Below are positions 1-13,845 of a stretch of DNA of 64,000 bases, in pieces; position 1 is the first letter of the stretch; each line of letters begins with the position of its first letter. Both the position numbers and the translations under genes were made by a program. Origin of the DNA: Mobula hypostoma (taxonomy: Eukaryota); assembly GCF_963921235.1 (NCBI RefSeq), contig NC_086097.1, positions 108,130,001 to 108,194,000 of the forward strand, in the 5' to 3' direction. Under the pieces are notes generated by a model that did no database searches, was not told the DNA's origin, and worked only from the letters and a program-made list of their open reading frames with translations.

Positions 1-1245
1 TTCATTACCTTGTACTTGATCTAGTATGGCATTCCCCCTGGTCGGCCTGTCCACATACTGTGACAGGAATCTGTCCTGGACACACTTAATAAACTCTGCC
101 CCATCGAAACCCTTGGAACTAATCAGGTGCCAATCAATATTAGGGAAGTTAAAGTCACCCATGATAACAGCCCTGTTATTTTTGCACCTTTCCAAAATCT
201 GCCTCCCAATTTGCTCCTCTGTATCTCTGCTGCTACCAGGGGGCCTATAGAATACTTCCAATAGAGTAACTGCTCCCTTCCTGTTCCTGACTTCCACCCA
301 TACTGACTCAAAAAAGGATCCTGCTACATTACCCACCCTTTCTGTAGCTGTAATAGTATCCCTGACCAGTAATGCCACCCCTGCTCCCCTTTTTCCACCC
401 TCTCTATCCCTTTTAAAGCACTGAAATCCAGGAATATTGAGAATCCATTCCTGCCCTGGTGCCAACCAAGTCTCTGAAATGGCCACCACATCATAATTGC
501 ATGTATGTATCCAAGCCCTCAGTTCATCATCATTGTTCCTGATGCTTCTTGCATTGAGGTACACACACATCAGCCCTTCTACCTTATAGTCATAGTCATA
601 GTCATACTTTATTGATCCCGGGGGAAATTGTTTTTTGTTACAATTGCACCATAAATAACAAATAGTAATAAAACCATAAATAGTTAAATAGTAATATGTA
701 AATTATGCCAGTAAATTATGAAATAAGTCCAGGACCAGCCTATTGGCTCAGTGTGTCTGACCCTCCAAGGGAGGAGTTGTAAAGTTTGATGGCCACAGGC
801 CACCTTACTAGCTTTACACCGTTTATTCTGCTTCTCTTTCCTCAAAGCCTCTCTATATGTTTGATCTGGCTTTACTCCATGCACTTCTTTCACTGCTCTG
901 TCACTCCGGGTCCCATCCCCCTTACAAATTAGTTTAAACCCTCCCAAACCATGCTAGCAAATCTACCTGCAAGGATATTGCTCCCCCTCGAGTTCAGGTG
1001 CAACCCATCCAATCTGTACAGGTCCCACCTTCGCTAGAATGATCCAAAAATCTAAAACCCTGCCCCCTGCACCAACTCCTCAGCCATACATTCAACTGCC
1101 ATCTCCTCCAATTCTTACCATCTCACTGTCACGTAGCACTGGCAGCAATCCTGAGAACGCCACCCTTGAGGTCCTGTTCTTCAGACTTCTGCCTAGTTCC
1201 CAAAACTCACACTTCAGGACCTCATCCATCTTCCTGCCTATGTCC
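1..1245 (-). mobile_element. CR1 LINE fragment (end of ORF1 esterase and APE endonuclease region), degenerate, runs off the window start
   Basis: Minus-strand translations include 'RTSRVAFSGLLPVLRDSE' (ORF1-like) and an APE-like segment 'YRPPGSSRD...VIMGDFNFP'. It is interrupted by an insertion at about 585-800. Confidence 0.8.
586..800 (-). mobile_element. 3' end of a Rex1/Babar-like LINE with (TATGAC)n tail, nested in CR1
   Basis: Reads 'atagtcatagtcatagtcatactttattg', i.e. AATAAA plus a microsatellite tail on the minus strand. The same tail recurs at about 8398-8445. Confidence 0.55.
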
Positions 1246-2861
1246 CTCATCCCTCTTCCTGCCTTTGCCTGGTAGGTAAGAAATTCCATGTTTTTCATTT
1301 ATAAGAATTATAATTAGTTAATTAATGCCCCTTGCCCATTTATTTGAGGACAGATGAAATCTGTGACTATTAGTTCAAATCCATTCATTCCACAGATAAG
1401 TCGACATTTTTTTATCATTCCTGTCGTACAAGACACTGGCGAAGTTCAGCTGGTGAAGTTTATGTATTAAGTTCAGCTTTGGTCATTCTACTATAAGAAA
1501 TATATTATTAAACTAGAAAAAATGCTAAAAGAATTCCAGACTCAAGATTGAGTTACAGAGAGAAGTTGGGCAGGCTAGGATTTTTTCTCCCCCTTTGGTG
1601 CATAGGGAACTTGGAGATGATCTTGTGGATGTGTACAATATCATGAGTCTTTTTCCCATGGTTGTGGAATCAAGAACTAGAGGTCATAGGTTTAAGGTGA
1701 GAGGGGAATGATCTAATAAACTCTTGAGTGGCAACCTTTCTACACAGAGGATGGTTTGTATATGGACTGAGCTGCCAGAGCAAGTGGTTGATTCAGGTAT
1801 ACGTAATAACTTTAAGAGGACAGCTGCAGAGTACTTGGATAGCTAAGGTTTAGTAGGATATTGGCCACTGCAGGCAAATGGAACCCGCTTGAATGGTAAT
1901 CCTGGCCTACGTGGACCAGATGTGCCAAAGGGACTGTTTCCATATTGTGTGACTTTGACTCTGACCTGCCACAGTGCAATGTCTCACACTTGTTCTGCCA
2001 TTTGACCTTCTCTATTTCTGGCTGCTCCGTATCCTTTGGCAACCTTCCTCAAGTATCCATGTTCCGCTAATTTTTATGTTGCCTATAACCTTACTAAGCA
2101 GTCCACCTTAATTTGTTTAAATCATAGTCAGACCTCAATCACTACCCTTTAGCTTCTGTGACCAAACTAATTTTCAACCCAATCTACCTGTAGTTCCCAC
2201 CTGCCTTAATCCTCAGGATCGGCCTACCACGAGGGACCTTATCGAGTGCACAGGAAAAGATCTGTTCTAGCTTTTGCAGAAGTACAATGCAGAATAGGTC
2301 AAAATGTAATCAACTGTCTAAGAGTTAATTTATGAAGAGAGATTAAAAACCTAGGCTTTTATTTCCTGAAACATGGAGTAATTTATTTGAAGATTTTAAA
2401 GTTGCGAAGGTAATTTATACAAGGGTTGTAATAAACCTTTTTTTTCTATTGGTAGCAGGATTTCTTTCTATCTAACCCAATTAGATAATTTAATTGTCTT
2501 GTGCTTCTAAATTACATTGCCTGCTGATCTTCTCCATTCAATCCTAGTCTATGGGATAAACACAACAATTAGTGAAGCAAATGAGATCCTGTATTTTAGA
2601 GACACAGACAATGAATGCCAGGAGATTATACTAAACCCTTGATAAGTAGTAATTTAGTCCCAGTTTGTCATGTTGTGACCAAGAGTGCTATGCTAAAAAG
2701 GGTTTGGAGAGGATTCTGATGAGATCAGTTTGAATGGAGGATGATAGCTGCACAGAAGCTCGGGTTGTTCTCATTCATGCAGGGCAGGTACAGTGAAAGT
2801 TCGGTGTTTATGTTTCAGAGGTTTTGATAACACAAATGTTTATGGTGGCAGAAGAACCACT

Positions 2862-3357
2862 TAGGGGACTCGATAGTAAGGGGGTCAGATAGGCGATTCT
2901 GTGGACGCAGTCCAGAGACCCGGATGGTAGTTTGCCTCCCTGTGCCAGGGTCCGGGATATTTCTGATCGTGTCCAAGATATCCTGAAGTGGGAGGGTGAG
3001 GAGCCAGAGGTCGTGGTACATATAGGTACCAATGACATAGGTAGGAAAAGGGAAGAGGTCCTGAAAGGAGAATATAGGGAGCTAGGAAGGGAGTTGAGAA
3101 AAAGGACCGCAAAGGTAGTAATCTCGGGATTACTGCCTGTGCCACGCAACAGTGAGAGTAGGAATGCGATGAGGTGGAGGATAAATGGTTGGCTGAGGGA
3201 TTGGAGCAGGGGGCAGGGATTCAAGTTTTTGGATCATTGGGACCTCTTTTGGCGCAGGTGTGACCTGTACAAAAAGGACGGGTTACACTTGAATCCTAGG
3301 GGGACCAATATCCTGGCAGGGAGATTAGCGAGGGCTACTGAGGTGACTTTAAACTAG
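2862..3357 (+). pseudogene. CR1 ORF1 SGNH/GDSL-esterase domain (partial)
   Basis: GDSIVRG...VVVHIGTNDIG...LYKKDGLHLNPRG. Confidence 0.85.
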
Positions 3358-3362
3358 AATGG

Positions 3363-6300
3363 TTGGGGGGTGGGAATCAAATTAAAGAGGCTAGGCGTGA
3401 GGAGGTTAGTTCACAACAGGGGGATGGGAACCAGTGCAGAGAGACAGAGGGGTGTAAAGCGAGGGTAGAAGCAAAAAGTACTAAGGAGAAAAGTAAAAGT
3501 GGCAGGCCGACAAATCCAGGGCAAGCATTAAAAAGGGCCACTTTTCAACATAATTGTATATGGGCTAAGAGAGTTGTAAAAGAGCGCCTGAAGGCTTTGT
3601 GTGTCAATGCAAGGAGCATTCGTAATAAGGTGGATGAATTGAAAGTGCAGATTGTTATTAATGATTATGATGTAGTTGGGATCACAGAGACATGGCTCCA
3701 GGGTGACCAAGGATGGGAGCTCAACGTTCAGGGATATTCAATATTCAGGAGGGATAGACATGAAGGAAGGGGAGGTGGGGTGACGTTGCTGGTTAAAGAA
3801 GAGATTAATGAATAGAAAGGAAGGACATAAGCCGGGAAGATGTGGAATCGATATGGGTAGAGCTGCGTAACACTAAGGGGCAGAAGACGCTGGTGGGAGT
3901 TGTGTACAGGCCACCTAACAGTAGTAGTGAGGTCAGAGATGGTATTAAACAGGAAATTAGAAATGTGTGCAATAAAGGAACAGCAGTTATAATGGGTGAC
4001 TTCAATCTACATGTAGACTGGGTGAACCAAATTGGTAAAGGTGCTGAGGAAGAGGATTTCTTGGAATGTATGCGGGATGGTTTTTTGAACCAACATGTCG
4101 AGGAACCAACTAGAGAGCAGGCTATTCTGGACTGGGTTTTGAGCAATGAGGAAGGGTTAATTAGCAATCTTGTCGTGAGAGGCCCCTTGGGTAAGAGTGA
4201 CCATAATATGGTGGAATTCTTCATTAGGATGGAGAGTGACATAGTTAATTCAGAAACAAAGGTGACTTTGAAGGTATGAGACGTGAATTAGCTAAGATAG
4301 ACTGGCAAATGACACTTAAAGGATTGACGGTGGATATGCAATGGCAAGCATTTAAAGGTTGCATGGATGAACTACAACAATTGTTCATCCCAGTTTGGCA
4401 AAAGAATAAATCAAGGAAGGTAGTGCACCCGTGGCTGACAAGAGAAATTAGGGATAGTATCAATTCCAAAGAAGAAGCATACAAATTAGCCAGAGAAAGT
4501 GGCTCACCTGAGGACTGGGAGAAATTCAGAGTTCAGCAGAGGAGGACAAAGGGCTTAATTAGGAAGGGGAAAAAAGATTATGAGAGAAAACTGGCAGGGA
4601 ACATAAAAACTGACTGTAAAAGCTTTTATAGATATGTAAAAAGGAAAAGACTGGTGAAGACAAATGTAGGTCCCCTACAGACAGAAACAGGTGAATTGAT
4701 TATGGGGAGCAAGGACATGGCAGACCAATTGAATAATTACTTTGGTTCTGTCTTCACTAAGGAGGACATAAATAATCTTCCAGAAATAGTAGGGGACAGA
4801 GGGTCCAGTGAGATGGAGGAACTGAGCGAAATACATGTTAGTAGGGAAGTGGTGTTAGGTAAATTGAAGGGATTGAAGGCAGATAAATCCCCAGGGCCAG
4901 ATGGTCTGCATCCTAGAGTGCTTAAGGAAGTAGCCCAAGAAATAGTGGATGCATTAGTGATAATTTTTCAAAACTCGTTAGATTCTGGACTAGTTCCTGA
5001 GGATTGGAGGGTGGCTAATGTAACCCCATTTTTTAAAAAAGGAGGGAGAGAGAAACCGGGGAATTATAGACCGGTTAGCCTAACGTCGGTGGTGGGGAAA
5101 CTGCTGGAGTCAGTTATCAAAGATGTGATAACAGCACATTTGGAAAGCGGTGAAATCATCGGACAAAGTCAGCATGGATTTGTGAAAGGAAAATCATGTC
5201 TGACGAATCTCATAGAATTTTTTGAGGATGTAACTAGTAGAGTGGATAGGGGAGAACCAGTGGATGTGGTATATTTGGATTTTCAAAAGGCTTTTGACAA
5301 GGTCCCACACAGGAGATTAGTGTGCAAACTTAAAGCACACGGTATTGGGGTTAAGGTATTGATGTGGATGGAGAATTGGTTAGCAGACAGGAAGCAAAGA
5401 GTGGGTATAAACGGGACCTTTTCAGAATGGCAGGCGGTGACTAGTGGGGTACCGCAAGGCTCAGTGCTGGGACCCCAGTTGTTTACAATATATATTAATG
5501 ACTTGGATGAGGGAATTAAATGCAGCATCTCCAAGTTTGCGGATGACACGAAGCTGGGTGGCAGTGTTAGCTGTGAGGAGGATGCTAAGAGAATGCAGAG
5601 TGACTTGGATAGGTTGGATGAGTGGGCAAATTCATGGCAGATGCAATTTAATGTGGATAAATGTGAAGTTATCCACTTTGGTGGCAAAAATAGGAAAACA
5701 GATTATTATCTGAATGGTGGCTGATTAGGAAAAGGGGAGGTGCAACGAGACCTGGGTGTCATTATACACCAGTCATTGAAAGTGGGCATGCAGGTACAGC
5801 AGGCGGTGAAAAAGGCAAATGGTATGCTGGCATTTATAGCGAGAGGATTCGAGTACAGGAGCAGGGAGGTACTACTGCAGTTGTACAAGGCCTTGGTGAG
5901 ACCACACCTGGAGTATTGTGTGCAGTTTTGGTCCCCTAATCTGAGGAAAGACATCCTTGCCATAGAGGGAGTACAAAGAAGGTTCACTAGATTGATTCCT
6001 GGGATGGCAGGACTTTCATATGAAGAAAGACTGGATGAACTGGGCTTGTACTCGTTGGAATTTAGAAGATTGAGGGGGGATCTGATTGAAATGTATAAAA
6101 TCCTAAAGTGATTGGACAGGCTAGATGCAGGAAGATTGTTCCCGATGTTGGGGAAGTCCAGAACAAGGGGCCACAGTTTGAGGATAAAGGGGAAGCCTTT
6201 TAGGACCGAGATTAGGAAAAACTTCTTCACACAGAGAGTGGTGAATCTGTGGAGTTCTCTGCCACAGGAAACAGTTGAGGCCAGTTCATTGGCTATATTT

Positions 6301-6375
6301 AAGAGGGAGTTAGATATGGCCCTTCTGGCTATGGGGATCAGGGGGTATGGAGGGAAGGCTGGGGTTGGGTTCTGA
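3363..6375 (+). pseudogene. CR1 ORF2 (APE endonuclease plus reverse transcriptase), broken by frameshifts and stops
   Basis: ORF pieces 3363-3815, 3842-4279, 4276-5724, 5740-6111 and 6112-6375 join into a typical CR1 ORF2. Confidence 0.92.
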
Positions 6376-7028
6376 GTTGGATGATCAGCCACGATCATAA
6401 TAAATGGCGGTGCAGGCTCGAAGGGCCGAATGGCCTACTCCTGCACCTATTTTCTATGTTTCTATGTTAACAGAGGATACAAGTGGAGCTGATTGGCTGA
6501 ACATCCAGTCGCAACATGAGGCAAAACAACTTCTCGCAATGAGTGAAAATAAGTAACAAAGTAATTGTGGACATTGGAAATCCTTATTAAAAAAAAAGAC
6601 AATGTTGTTAACCATCAGCAGGTCAGGCAATGCCTGAGGAATGAGAAATAGGGTTAATATTTCAGGTTAATGACTTTTCATCAGAATTGACAAAAGAGAG
6701 AAGTGTCAGAGAAAGTTAAGGTGTAATATATAAGGAAATGTCTCTGATAGAGAGAGGCCTGAGTTGCTGTGGGGATCAGTTGCAAAGGCTGTTTGAACAT
6801 TGGATTAATGGGGGTGGTTATAAAGCGGGGGGGAGTGGGAAGCAGAGCAGAAGCTGTGAAATGAGGACAATCAGAAAGTGCAAACATAGGCAATGAATAC
6901 AGTATAAAAACTGTAAAATGCTGGGACATGACCATGAGGTATCACTTTGCCAATGGAGAGAGAAAAATCAGGCCAGTATTACAGATGGATCATTTTCAGC
7001 AGCAATGACCAGTTCTTGTACAAGGAAA

Positions 7029-7332
7029 CACTCACAACACGCTGGAGGAACTCAGCTGGTCGGGCAGCATCCGTGGAAATGATCAGTCAACGTTTCGGGC
7101 CGGAACCCTTCATCAAGACTGAAGAGGGAAGGGGCAGAGGCCCTATAAAGAAGGTGGAGGAGGGTGGGAAGGAGAAAGCTGGTAGGTTCCAGGTGAAAAA
7201 CCAGTAAGGGGAAAGATAAAGTGGTGGGGGAGGGGAGCAGGGAGGGGATAGGCAGGAAAGGTGAAGAAAGAATAGGGGAAAGCACAATGGGTAGTCGAAG
7301 GAGGTGGAACAGCATCTGCAGAGTATTTTGTG
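7029..7332. mobile_element. Short Penelope-like element (pLTR derivative) with 15-bp TSD
   Basis: TSD TCTTGTACAAGGAAA at 7014-7028 and 7333-7347. It contains a hammerhead-like motif on the minus strand at 7084-7121 whose first core C is changed to U. Confidence 0.8.
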
Positions 7333-8639
7333 TCTTGTACAAGGAAAGTGCTTCCTAAAGTTGTGGGAGTTGTTATGATGTCCAGAAGGTTGCTGTGTGC
7401 CAGATAGGAGATTTATTACTATTCCTCAAGGTTGTTTTGGAAATGATTATAAACATTGTAGGTGGCTGCAGACAAAAAAGTTGGTGTGGGAACAAATTGG
7501 AGAATTAAAGTGGTAGATTAGGACCATAAGATATATCAGAGCACATTGAGTCTGCTTTGCCAATGTCATCATGGTTGATCCATTTTCCTATCAGCCCCAA
7601 TCTCCTGCCTTCTCCCTGTATCTTTTTATGTCCTACCTAATCAAGAATCTATCAACCTTTGCCTTAAATATTCCCAATAGCTTGGCCTCCACTGCATCAC
7701 GGAGCCCTGAGCAGTCTCCAGTCTGAGTGAAGGTGTTCTGCAAAGTTGTCACCCAACCTGCATTTGGTTTCCCTGATGTGCCGACCAACATCTCTTTCCC
7801 AGTTCTAATGAAGAATCTTTGGTTCTATTTCTGTAGATGTTGTATGATCTGCTGAGACTTTCCAGCAGTTTCTGCTTCTGTTACACAATGACCTGTTTTG
7901 GGATGTCTGAGCGTGGTGGGCAAAGATTCAATAGAGTCCTTCAAAAATGAAGTGGATAAAGACTTGGGGAAAAATGCAGTGATAAAATGTCCTTATCCAT
8001 GCATTTTCCCTTTAATGAGTCATGTCTTGGAAGAGTAAGTAAGGATGTGGATCAAAGCTACCTAACTACAAAAACTTTATAGAGGGTTTGAAGTCTTTAT
8101 CAACAAATACTCTCCATTAGGCAACAAAAGTTATATTGAATGTAAAGGTCAAAATCCTCACCACTGATTCTGGGCAAATTGGGTCCTGAGACTGGAGAAG
8201 TGGGTCACTTTTTCCAGGCTCATATTGGTTTTTTATTTTTGGATAGTTGTTTTCTGCAGTGAAGGAAATTTGGAAGAGCACCTTTTTGTTTTGTGGGTGT
8301 TTAAATGCGAGGACTATTTTTCTGTATGCTTCACTCTGAACATGTTGATTGATCCTTGGGTGCGCTGGTTGTTAACACAAATGATGCATTTAGTGGTAGT
8401 CATAGTCATAGTCATACTTTATTAATCCAGGTGGAAATTGGTTAATTTCACTGTATGATAAATGAATCTGAGTTAATAATGACTTGGAGTTCAGTTGCGG
8501 TATGCACATACCCAAGTGTTGTTTGTGTGCTGCAGGTTGGTGACTGGAGTTAGTGTGACCTTGGTTCTGGGATGGTGGTAAGATGGGTTGACCACTTGAC
8601 CAGTAGATTACCTACACTTCAACATGTTTGAGGCATGGC

Positions 8640-8935
8640 ACTGCAAGATGACAAATTGGAAAATGCCTCAGGGCAATGATACAACCTTTGTGGATACCAT
8701 TTCTGTTGTGAGCCCACTGGTTAAGGTCATAATGCGCATATCATCATGACGCTGGTATGAGATGGAGGTGAATTTCTGTAGAAAGTTAAAGTTGAAAAGA
8801 CTTTGATAGACCCTAATACTTGATGGAATAAAAGGATTTCTTGATGTCATGTACTGTGGTTCATATTGCTCCCTGCATTTCTGTTGGAGTTGACCTGTAC
8901 TCAAGATTGTGTCTGTTGTACCTCCTACAACCAAT
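8640..8935 (-). mobile_element. Old RTE-like RT fragment
   Basis: Translation 'GTTDTILSTGQLQQKCREQYEPQYM' resembles the RTE RT motif 'TxDxIFxxRQLQEKCREQ'. Confidence 0.55.
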
Positions 8936-11199
8936 GATATTACTTTAAGGACTCTTTATCTCATTATCTCATCTTCTCATTATTTAATGCTATTTATTTA
9001 TATTTGCATTTGCATGGTCTGCTGTCTTCTGCAGTCTGGTTGATCTTTCATTGATCCTTTTACAGTTACTATTCCATAGATTTGCTGAGTATATCCCACA
9101 AGAAATATGTACTTTGACATGTATGTACTTTGATAATAAAATTTACTTTGGACTTTGATCCCTCTCTTTGACTGTTCTCCTTCCCCCTTTGAAACTTTGA
9201 TATGTTTAATTTCCAACTCTGCCTAAATCTGACCGACGGTCACTGATCTGAAAAATTATCACTGTTTCTTTCTCCCTAACTTGACATGAGAATTGCCAGC
9301 TATTTCATTTTTTTCAGATAACCAACATTAGTATTTTTTGATGAGATTTGGATAGAATTTTTCTAAAACAGTGGTTAGGCCACAGATATGGTCACCGCTG
9401 TTTAGGAAGCTAGTGAAAGTGAGAGGGTGTCCTCGGACAAAATATTTCCAGGATGCAGAGTTTCATCTATAACATTAGACTGGACAATCTTGGATAAAGC
9501 TCGGGTGAGATGGGATTCAACCAAGATCATGAAGTAGAAAAGGTAAATAGCTGGGAACTCTTTCAGTTATCTGTGGTTCAGGGATTAGGGGCTCATTGAT
9601 GCAAAGTGACAAGTAAACGATTTGGAGGGGATTGAGTTTTTTAAAAAACTTGCAGCCATTCTGTATTTCCACAACAAAAAAAAATGTGCAACACAGTGAT
9701 ACAATATTATCTCTGCTGCCATACAGCTTCTCTGACCTGTGTTTGATTCTCATGTGGGTACCGTCTCTGTGGAGTTAGCATTTTCTTTCTGTGCATGTGA
9801 AACTTTGCTGGATGCAAAGAACGTGCTGGTGTGTTGGAGATTGGGTCAATTGACTGCTGTAATTGCCGGAATGTAGGTGAATGTTAGAAGAATTGGTGTG
9901 GGGGCGGGGGTAGCTAATAGACATGTGAGAGAAGATGAGTTGCTGAGAAATAACTGAGGGACTGGGATTGATGAAAGAGTTCTGCCAGGCCAAATAGATT
10001 TGATGAACAGATGGCTTCCCTTCCTTCTATTTTGGAGGAGAAAGAAAATGAGGGAAAAATTATGGGAATATGCTCACTTTAAGAATGGGCAGTCAGGGCT
10101 TTGAAAGGTCAAATGGACAAAATTTGTTGAACAAGGTGGAGAGAAAGTAGGAGTGGGGCTGGTTGGAATGTTTGACGGCCAACGTGGATTTGATGGGTGG
10201 AAGGACTCCACGTGGGTTGCAGGGATTCTGTGACACTCCTTTATTATTCTACATGTATGGTCTGTTTACCTGAAATGCTTGTTGTTGGATAGCTGTTGGT
10301 GTATGCGAAACATAAAAGACGAGCCTTTTAGCAGTGCTGTGTCTGTGAGGTAGTGCAGAGTACCAGTAGAGATTATTGATAGTTAAGTAATGAAGTGCAA
10401 TAAGTTGAGGCTAGTGTCGTAGTTGGTAAAATTCAGCAGTTCAAAATGCGTTTAATAATCCTGATCATTTGTGAGACCATTGACTTTCTTATAACCCTGT
10501 ACTGAGCTCCTGCAAGGTCTAAACCTGGTATTGACCACTGCAGTTTTCTTTTCCCACTGAAAGCTAGAGGATCTTTTAGAATTGCTGTAAGTACAACATT
10601 GGTCCTACTTCATCAAAGTCTAATGTCACAATTAAATGTGTTCTCCCATGTTGTGCTTTTCTTCAATGTTTAGATGTAGGATCTAAATGTGAACTGTTTT
10701 TCCCCCAGATGCAGGCTGACATGCTGAATCCACTACCTTGCACTTCGTCTTTTACACTATTTATTTACTTCTGCAACTTATGAATTTTATGTTTTGCTGC
10801 CGCAAAGCTTAACATACATGATGTATGTCAGTGATTATAAACCTGACTCTGATTCTTAATTCAGTGTTTCCCAGATAGTTTCACCTGGTCCATAACTACT
10901 CTAGCAACAATGTGATAGTGCCCTTATTTTCCTCCAATGCCAAAGGGCTGCTTCTTGAATCATAATCTGGATTCTCTCCCTCTGGTCTAGAGGTGCAGCA
11001 GACTTGATCTTGACTACAGGTCAACTCCAACAGAAGTGCAGGGAGCAATATGAACCACAGTACATGACCATTTTTTTTAACTTCACAAATTCCTTTAACT
11101 CTATCAGTTAACAGGGACCATGGAACAGTTTTTTTTCCAAATTTAACTTCTTGCAAAAATTCATCTTTATATTTATTAAAAATTCCTGCTTCATGATGA

Positions 11200-11525
11200 C
11201 ATGCATATGGCTGCATCACCATCTGGTATGGTGGTGGTGGGGGGGGGGGGTACTGCACAGGATCAAAATAATCTGCAGGAAGTTGTAAACTCAGTAAGCT
11301 CCATTATGGGCACTAGCCTCCGGAGTATCCAGGACATCTTCAAGGAATGGTTCCTCAAAATGGTGGCATCCATCAATAAGGACCCCCATCACCCAGGTTA
11401 TGCCTTGTTCTCATTGCTACCATCACGGAGGAGGCACAGGAGCCTGAAGGCACACACTCAATGTTTAAGGAATAGATTCTTCCCCTTTGTTATCCGATTT
11501 CTGAACAGACACTGAACCCATGAAC
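11200..11525 (+). mobile_element. Rex1/Babar-like LINE 3' fragment
   Basis: 'SINKDPHHPGYALFSLLPSRRRHRSLKAHTQCLRNRFFPFVIRFLN' is the typical ORF C-terminus, repeated many times in this window. Confidence 0.75.
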
Positions 11526-12018
11526 ACACGAGCCTGTCAAATTTCACCCTCATCCACCAACCCTCATTCCCTGAGAAGGATTCTTTTCAGGTTATGACGA
11601 GAATGTATCTATGAATGATAGAAAATCTCTCTAGTTTTTTCCAGCACCCCTCTCCTCTGCACATCAGTGCCTACTAATGCTTTCCATTTAAGTTCCAAGA
11701 GTTGTTCCTAGCCCTCATCACTTTGCTGAATTTGGATTTAAGGTTTTCTACCTCACTATTATTATCACTAATTTTTTAGAATACTCTATGACGAGGGGTC
11801 TGCTCATTTGTATCCCAGCATTGTGTCACAAGGCTTGTGAGAGATTTAAGAAAAATTGTCCAACAGTCCCTGAGTGAACCTTATTTGTCAGGAAGTTGAA
11901 CATTTAGCATCGCAACATTGGCATTGAAGATGAGAATTGTGATTCCTCCTTGATGAAATTCTCAAAAGTTTGGAAAGTTTATCACTTGAAACTGGATCTT
12001 TTATGGGATGATCTAAGA

Positions 12019-12286
12019 AGCAGCAAGTTAGCGTAAAGCTGCAGCGACCCCAGTTCAATTCCCACCGCTGTCTGTAAAGTTTGTATCTTCTCTTCATAAC
12101 CCTGTGGGTTTGCTCCGGGTGTTCCAGTTTCTGGCTACAGTCCAAAGATGTACCAGTTGGCAGGTTAATTGGTCATTGTAAATTGTCCTGTGATTAGGCT
12201 AGGATTAGATTGGTGGTTTGCAGGCAGTGTGGCTCAAAGGGCCAGAAGGATCTACTCTGCCCTGTATCTCAATAAAATAAAAAATA
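12019..12286 (+). mobile_element. tRNA-derived V-SINE (HE1-like)
   Basis: B-box-like GTTCAATTCC, V-domain 'gggtttgctccgggtgttccagtttc...cagtccaaaga', and an A-rich tail. Confidence 0.75.
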
Positions 12287-12952
12287 CATTGGTCTGAATC
12301 AGGGATGTTCATTTGGATTTTCATTTCTTGCATGTCAGTCTTCTGCCATGATGATGATTTCTATCTTGAAAACAACAGCAAACAGAGTTCACTGTTGCTT
12401 AGGAGAAATTTGGTGGTGAATCTTACCTTCAAGTAACTTCAGTTGTCCAAGGGCTGTGCTGGTGCATAAGAGGTGAATAGGTATTTCATCATCGATGTCT
12501 GACTTTGCTGAGAGGTGGCTCCAAGCTTTTGGGCAGTGGTCCTCTTTTCCACAGCCTTGCCATGAATCTTCAAACAAGAGAAAATCTGCAGATGCTGGAA
12601 ATCCGAGAAACACACACAAAATGCTGGAGGATCTCAGCAGGCCAGGCAGCATCTATAGGGAAAAAAAAAGTACAGTTGACATTTCGGGCTGAAATCCATT
12701 CTTAAAATGTTGCTACCTCATTGTCAAACTTACTGCTGAAAAATATCTGCACTTTCATGGTGCTGTGATTATTTAGTAATTTAATCAATGCTAAGTAGCG
12801 TCGAGTAGTTTCACGCTATTTAAGTAATAGTTTGTTTTCTTTTACCCCAACTAGCAGGTTAGCTTCACATCTCCCCATGTTACATTCTAACTGACACACA
12901 TCAAAGTTGCTGGTGAACGCAGCAGGCCAGGCAGCATCTCTAGGAAGAGGTA

Positions 12953-12988
12953 CAGTAGACGTTTCGGGCCGAGACCCTTCGTCAGGAC
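12953..12988 (-). ncRNA. Minimal type-I hammerhead ribozyme motif
   Basis: Minus strand reads gtc-CTGACGA-a-GGG-tctcgg-CCC-GAAA-CGTC-tactg. The core is intact, with one mismatch in stem I. Confidence 0.7.
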
Positions 12989-13580
12989 AAACTGAAAGAA
13001 GAGCTAGTAAGAGATTTGAGAGGGGGAGGGGGAGATCCGAAATGATAGGAGAAGACAGGAGGGGGAGGGATGGAGCCAAGAGCTGGACAGTTTGAAAGCA
13101 GGATCTCCCAGTGGCTACACATTTTAATTCCACGTCCCATTCCCATTCTGATATGCCTATCCACGGCCTCCTCTACGGTAAAGATGAAGCCACACTCAGG
13201 TTGGAGGAACAACACTTTATATTCCGTCCGGGTAACCTCCAACCTGATGGCATGAACATTGACTTTTCAAACTTCTACTAATGCCCCACCTCCCCCTCGT
13301 ACCCCATCCGTTATTTATTTATATACACACATTCTTTCTCTCTCTCTCCTTTTTCTCCCTCTGTCCCTCTCTCTATACCCCTTGCCCATCCTCTGGGTTT
13401 CACCCTCCTCCCCCTTTTCTTTCTCCCTGGGCCTCCTGTCCCATGATCCTCTCATATCCCTTTTGCCAATCACCTGTCCAGCTCTTGGCTCCATCCCTCC
13501 CCCTCCTGTCTTCTCCTATCATTTGGGATCTCCCCCTCCCCCTCCCTCTTTCAAATCTCTTACTAGCTCTTCCTTCAGTT

Positions 13581-13616
13581 AGTCCTGACGAAGGGTCTCG
13601 GCCCGAAATGTCGACT
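13581..13616 (+). ncRNA. Minimal type-I hammerhead ribozyme motif (stem III altered)
   Basis: AGTC-CTGACGA-a-GGG-tctcgg-CCC-GAAA-TGTC-GACT. Confidence 0.65.
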
Positions 13617-13845
13617 GTACCTCTTCCTAGAGATGCTGCCTGGCCTGCTGCATTCACCAGCAACTTTGATGTGTGTTGCTTGAATTTCCAGTATCTGCAA
13701 AATTCCTCGTGTTTACTTTCCAACTACTTACTTTTGCATCACATAGTTGTCCTTCTTGTGAGTTCTTGCTGGCTGTTTGATATCTTTATCTCTTTATGGG
13801 AGCAGACAGGTACCAGAATTTTTGAGAATGATTTTGAGGATTTAT

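Larger units (their letters stand above)
2862..6468 (+). mobile_element. CR1 LINE, 5'-truncated within ORF1, fairly young
   Basis: ORF1 has SGNH-esterase motifs (GDS, HIGTND, DGLHLN). ORF2 has APE motifs (ITETWL, YRPP, GDFN, SDH) and RT motifs (LDFQKAFD, GVPQGSVLGP, FADD). The 3' tail is (TTCTATGT)n. Confidence 0.95.
12894..13712. mobile_element. Neptune-type Penelope-like element 3' end with inverted pLTR
   Basis: 13099-13275 encodes QDLPVATHFNSTSHSHSD...LRLEEQHFIFR...PDGMNIDFSNF, matching the GIY-YIG C-terminus. 12894-13090 is the reverse complement of about 13475-13677. There is an imperfect TSD of about 14 bp. Confidence 0.88.

Noticed and set aside
5283..6398. Long antisense ORFs over CR1 (also 3805-4242 and 56137-56556)
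   Set aside because: These are shadow frames of the CR1 ORF2 codon structure.
12019..12080. tRNA gene
   Set aside because: Only a degenerate tRNA-derived SINE head followed by the V-domain; no complete cloverleaf.
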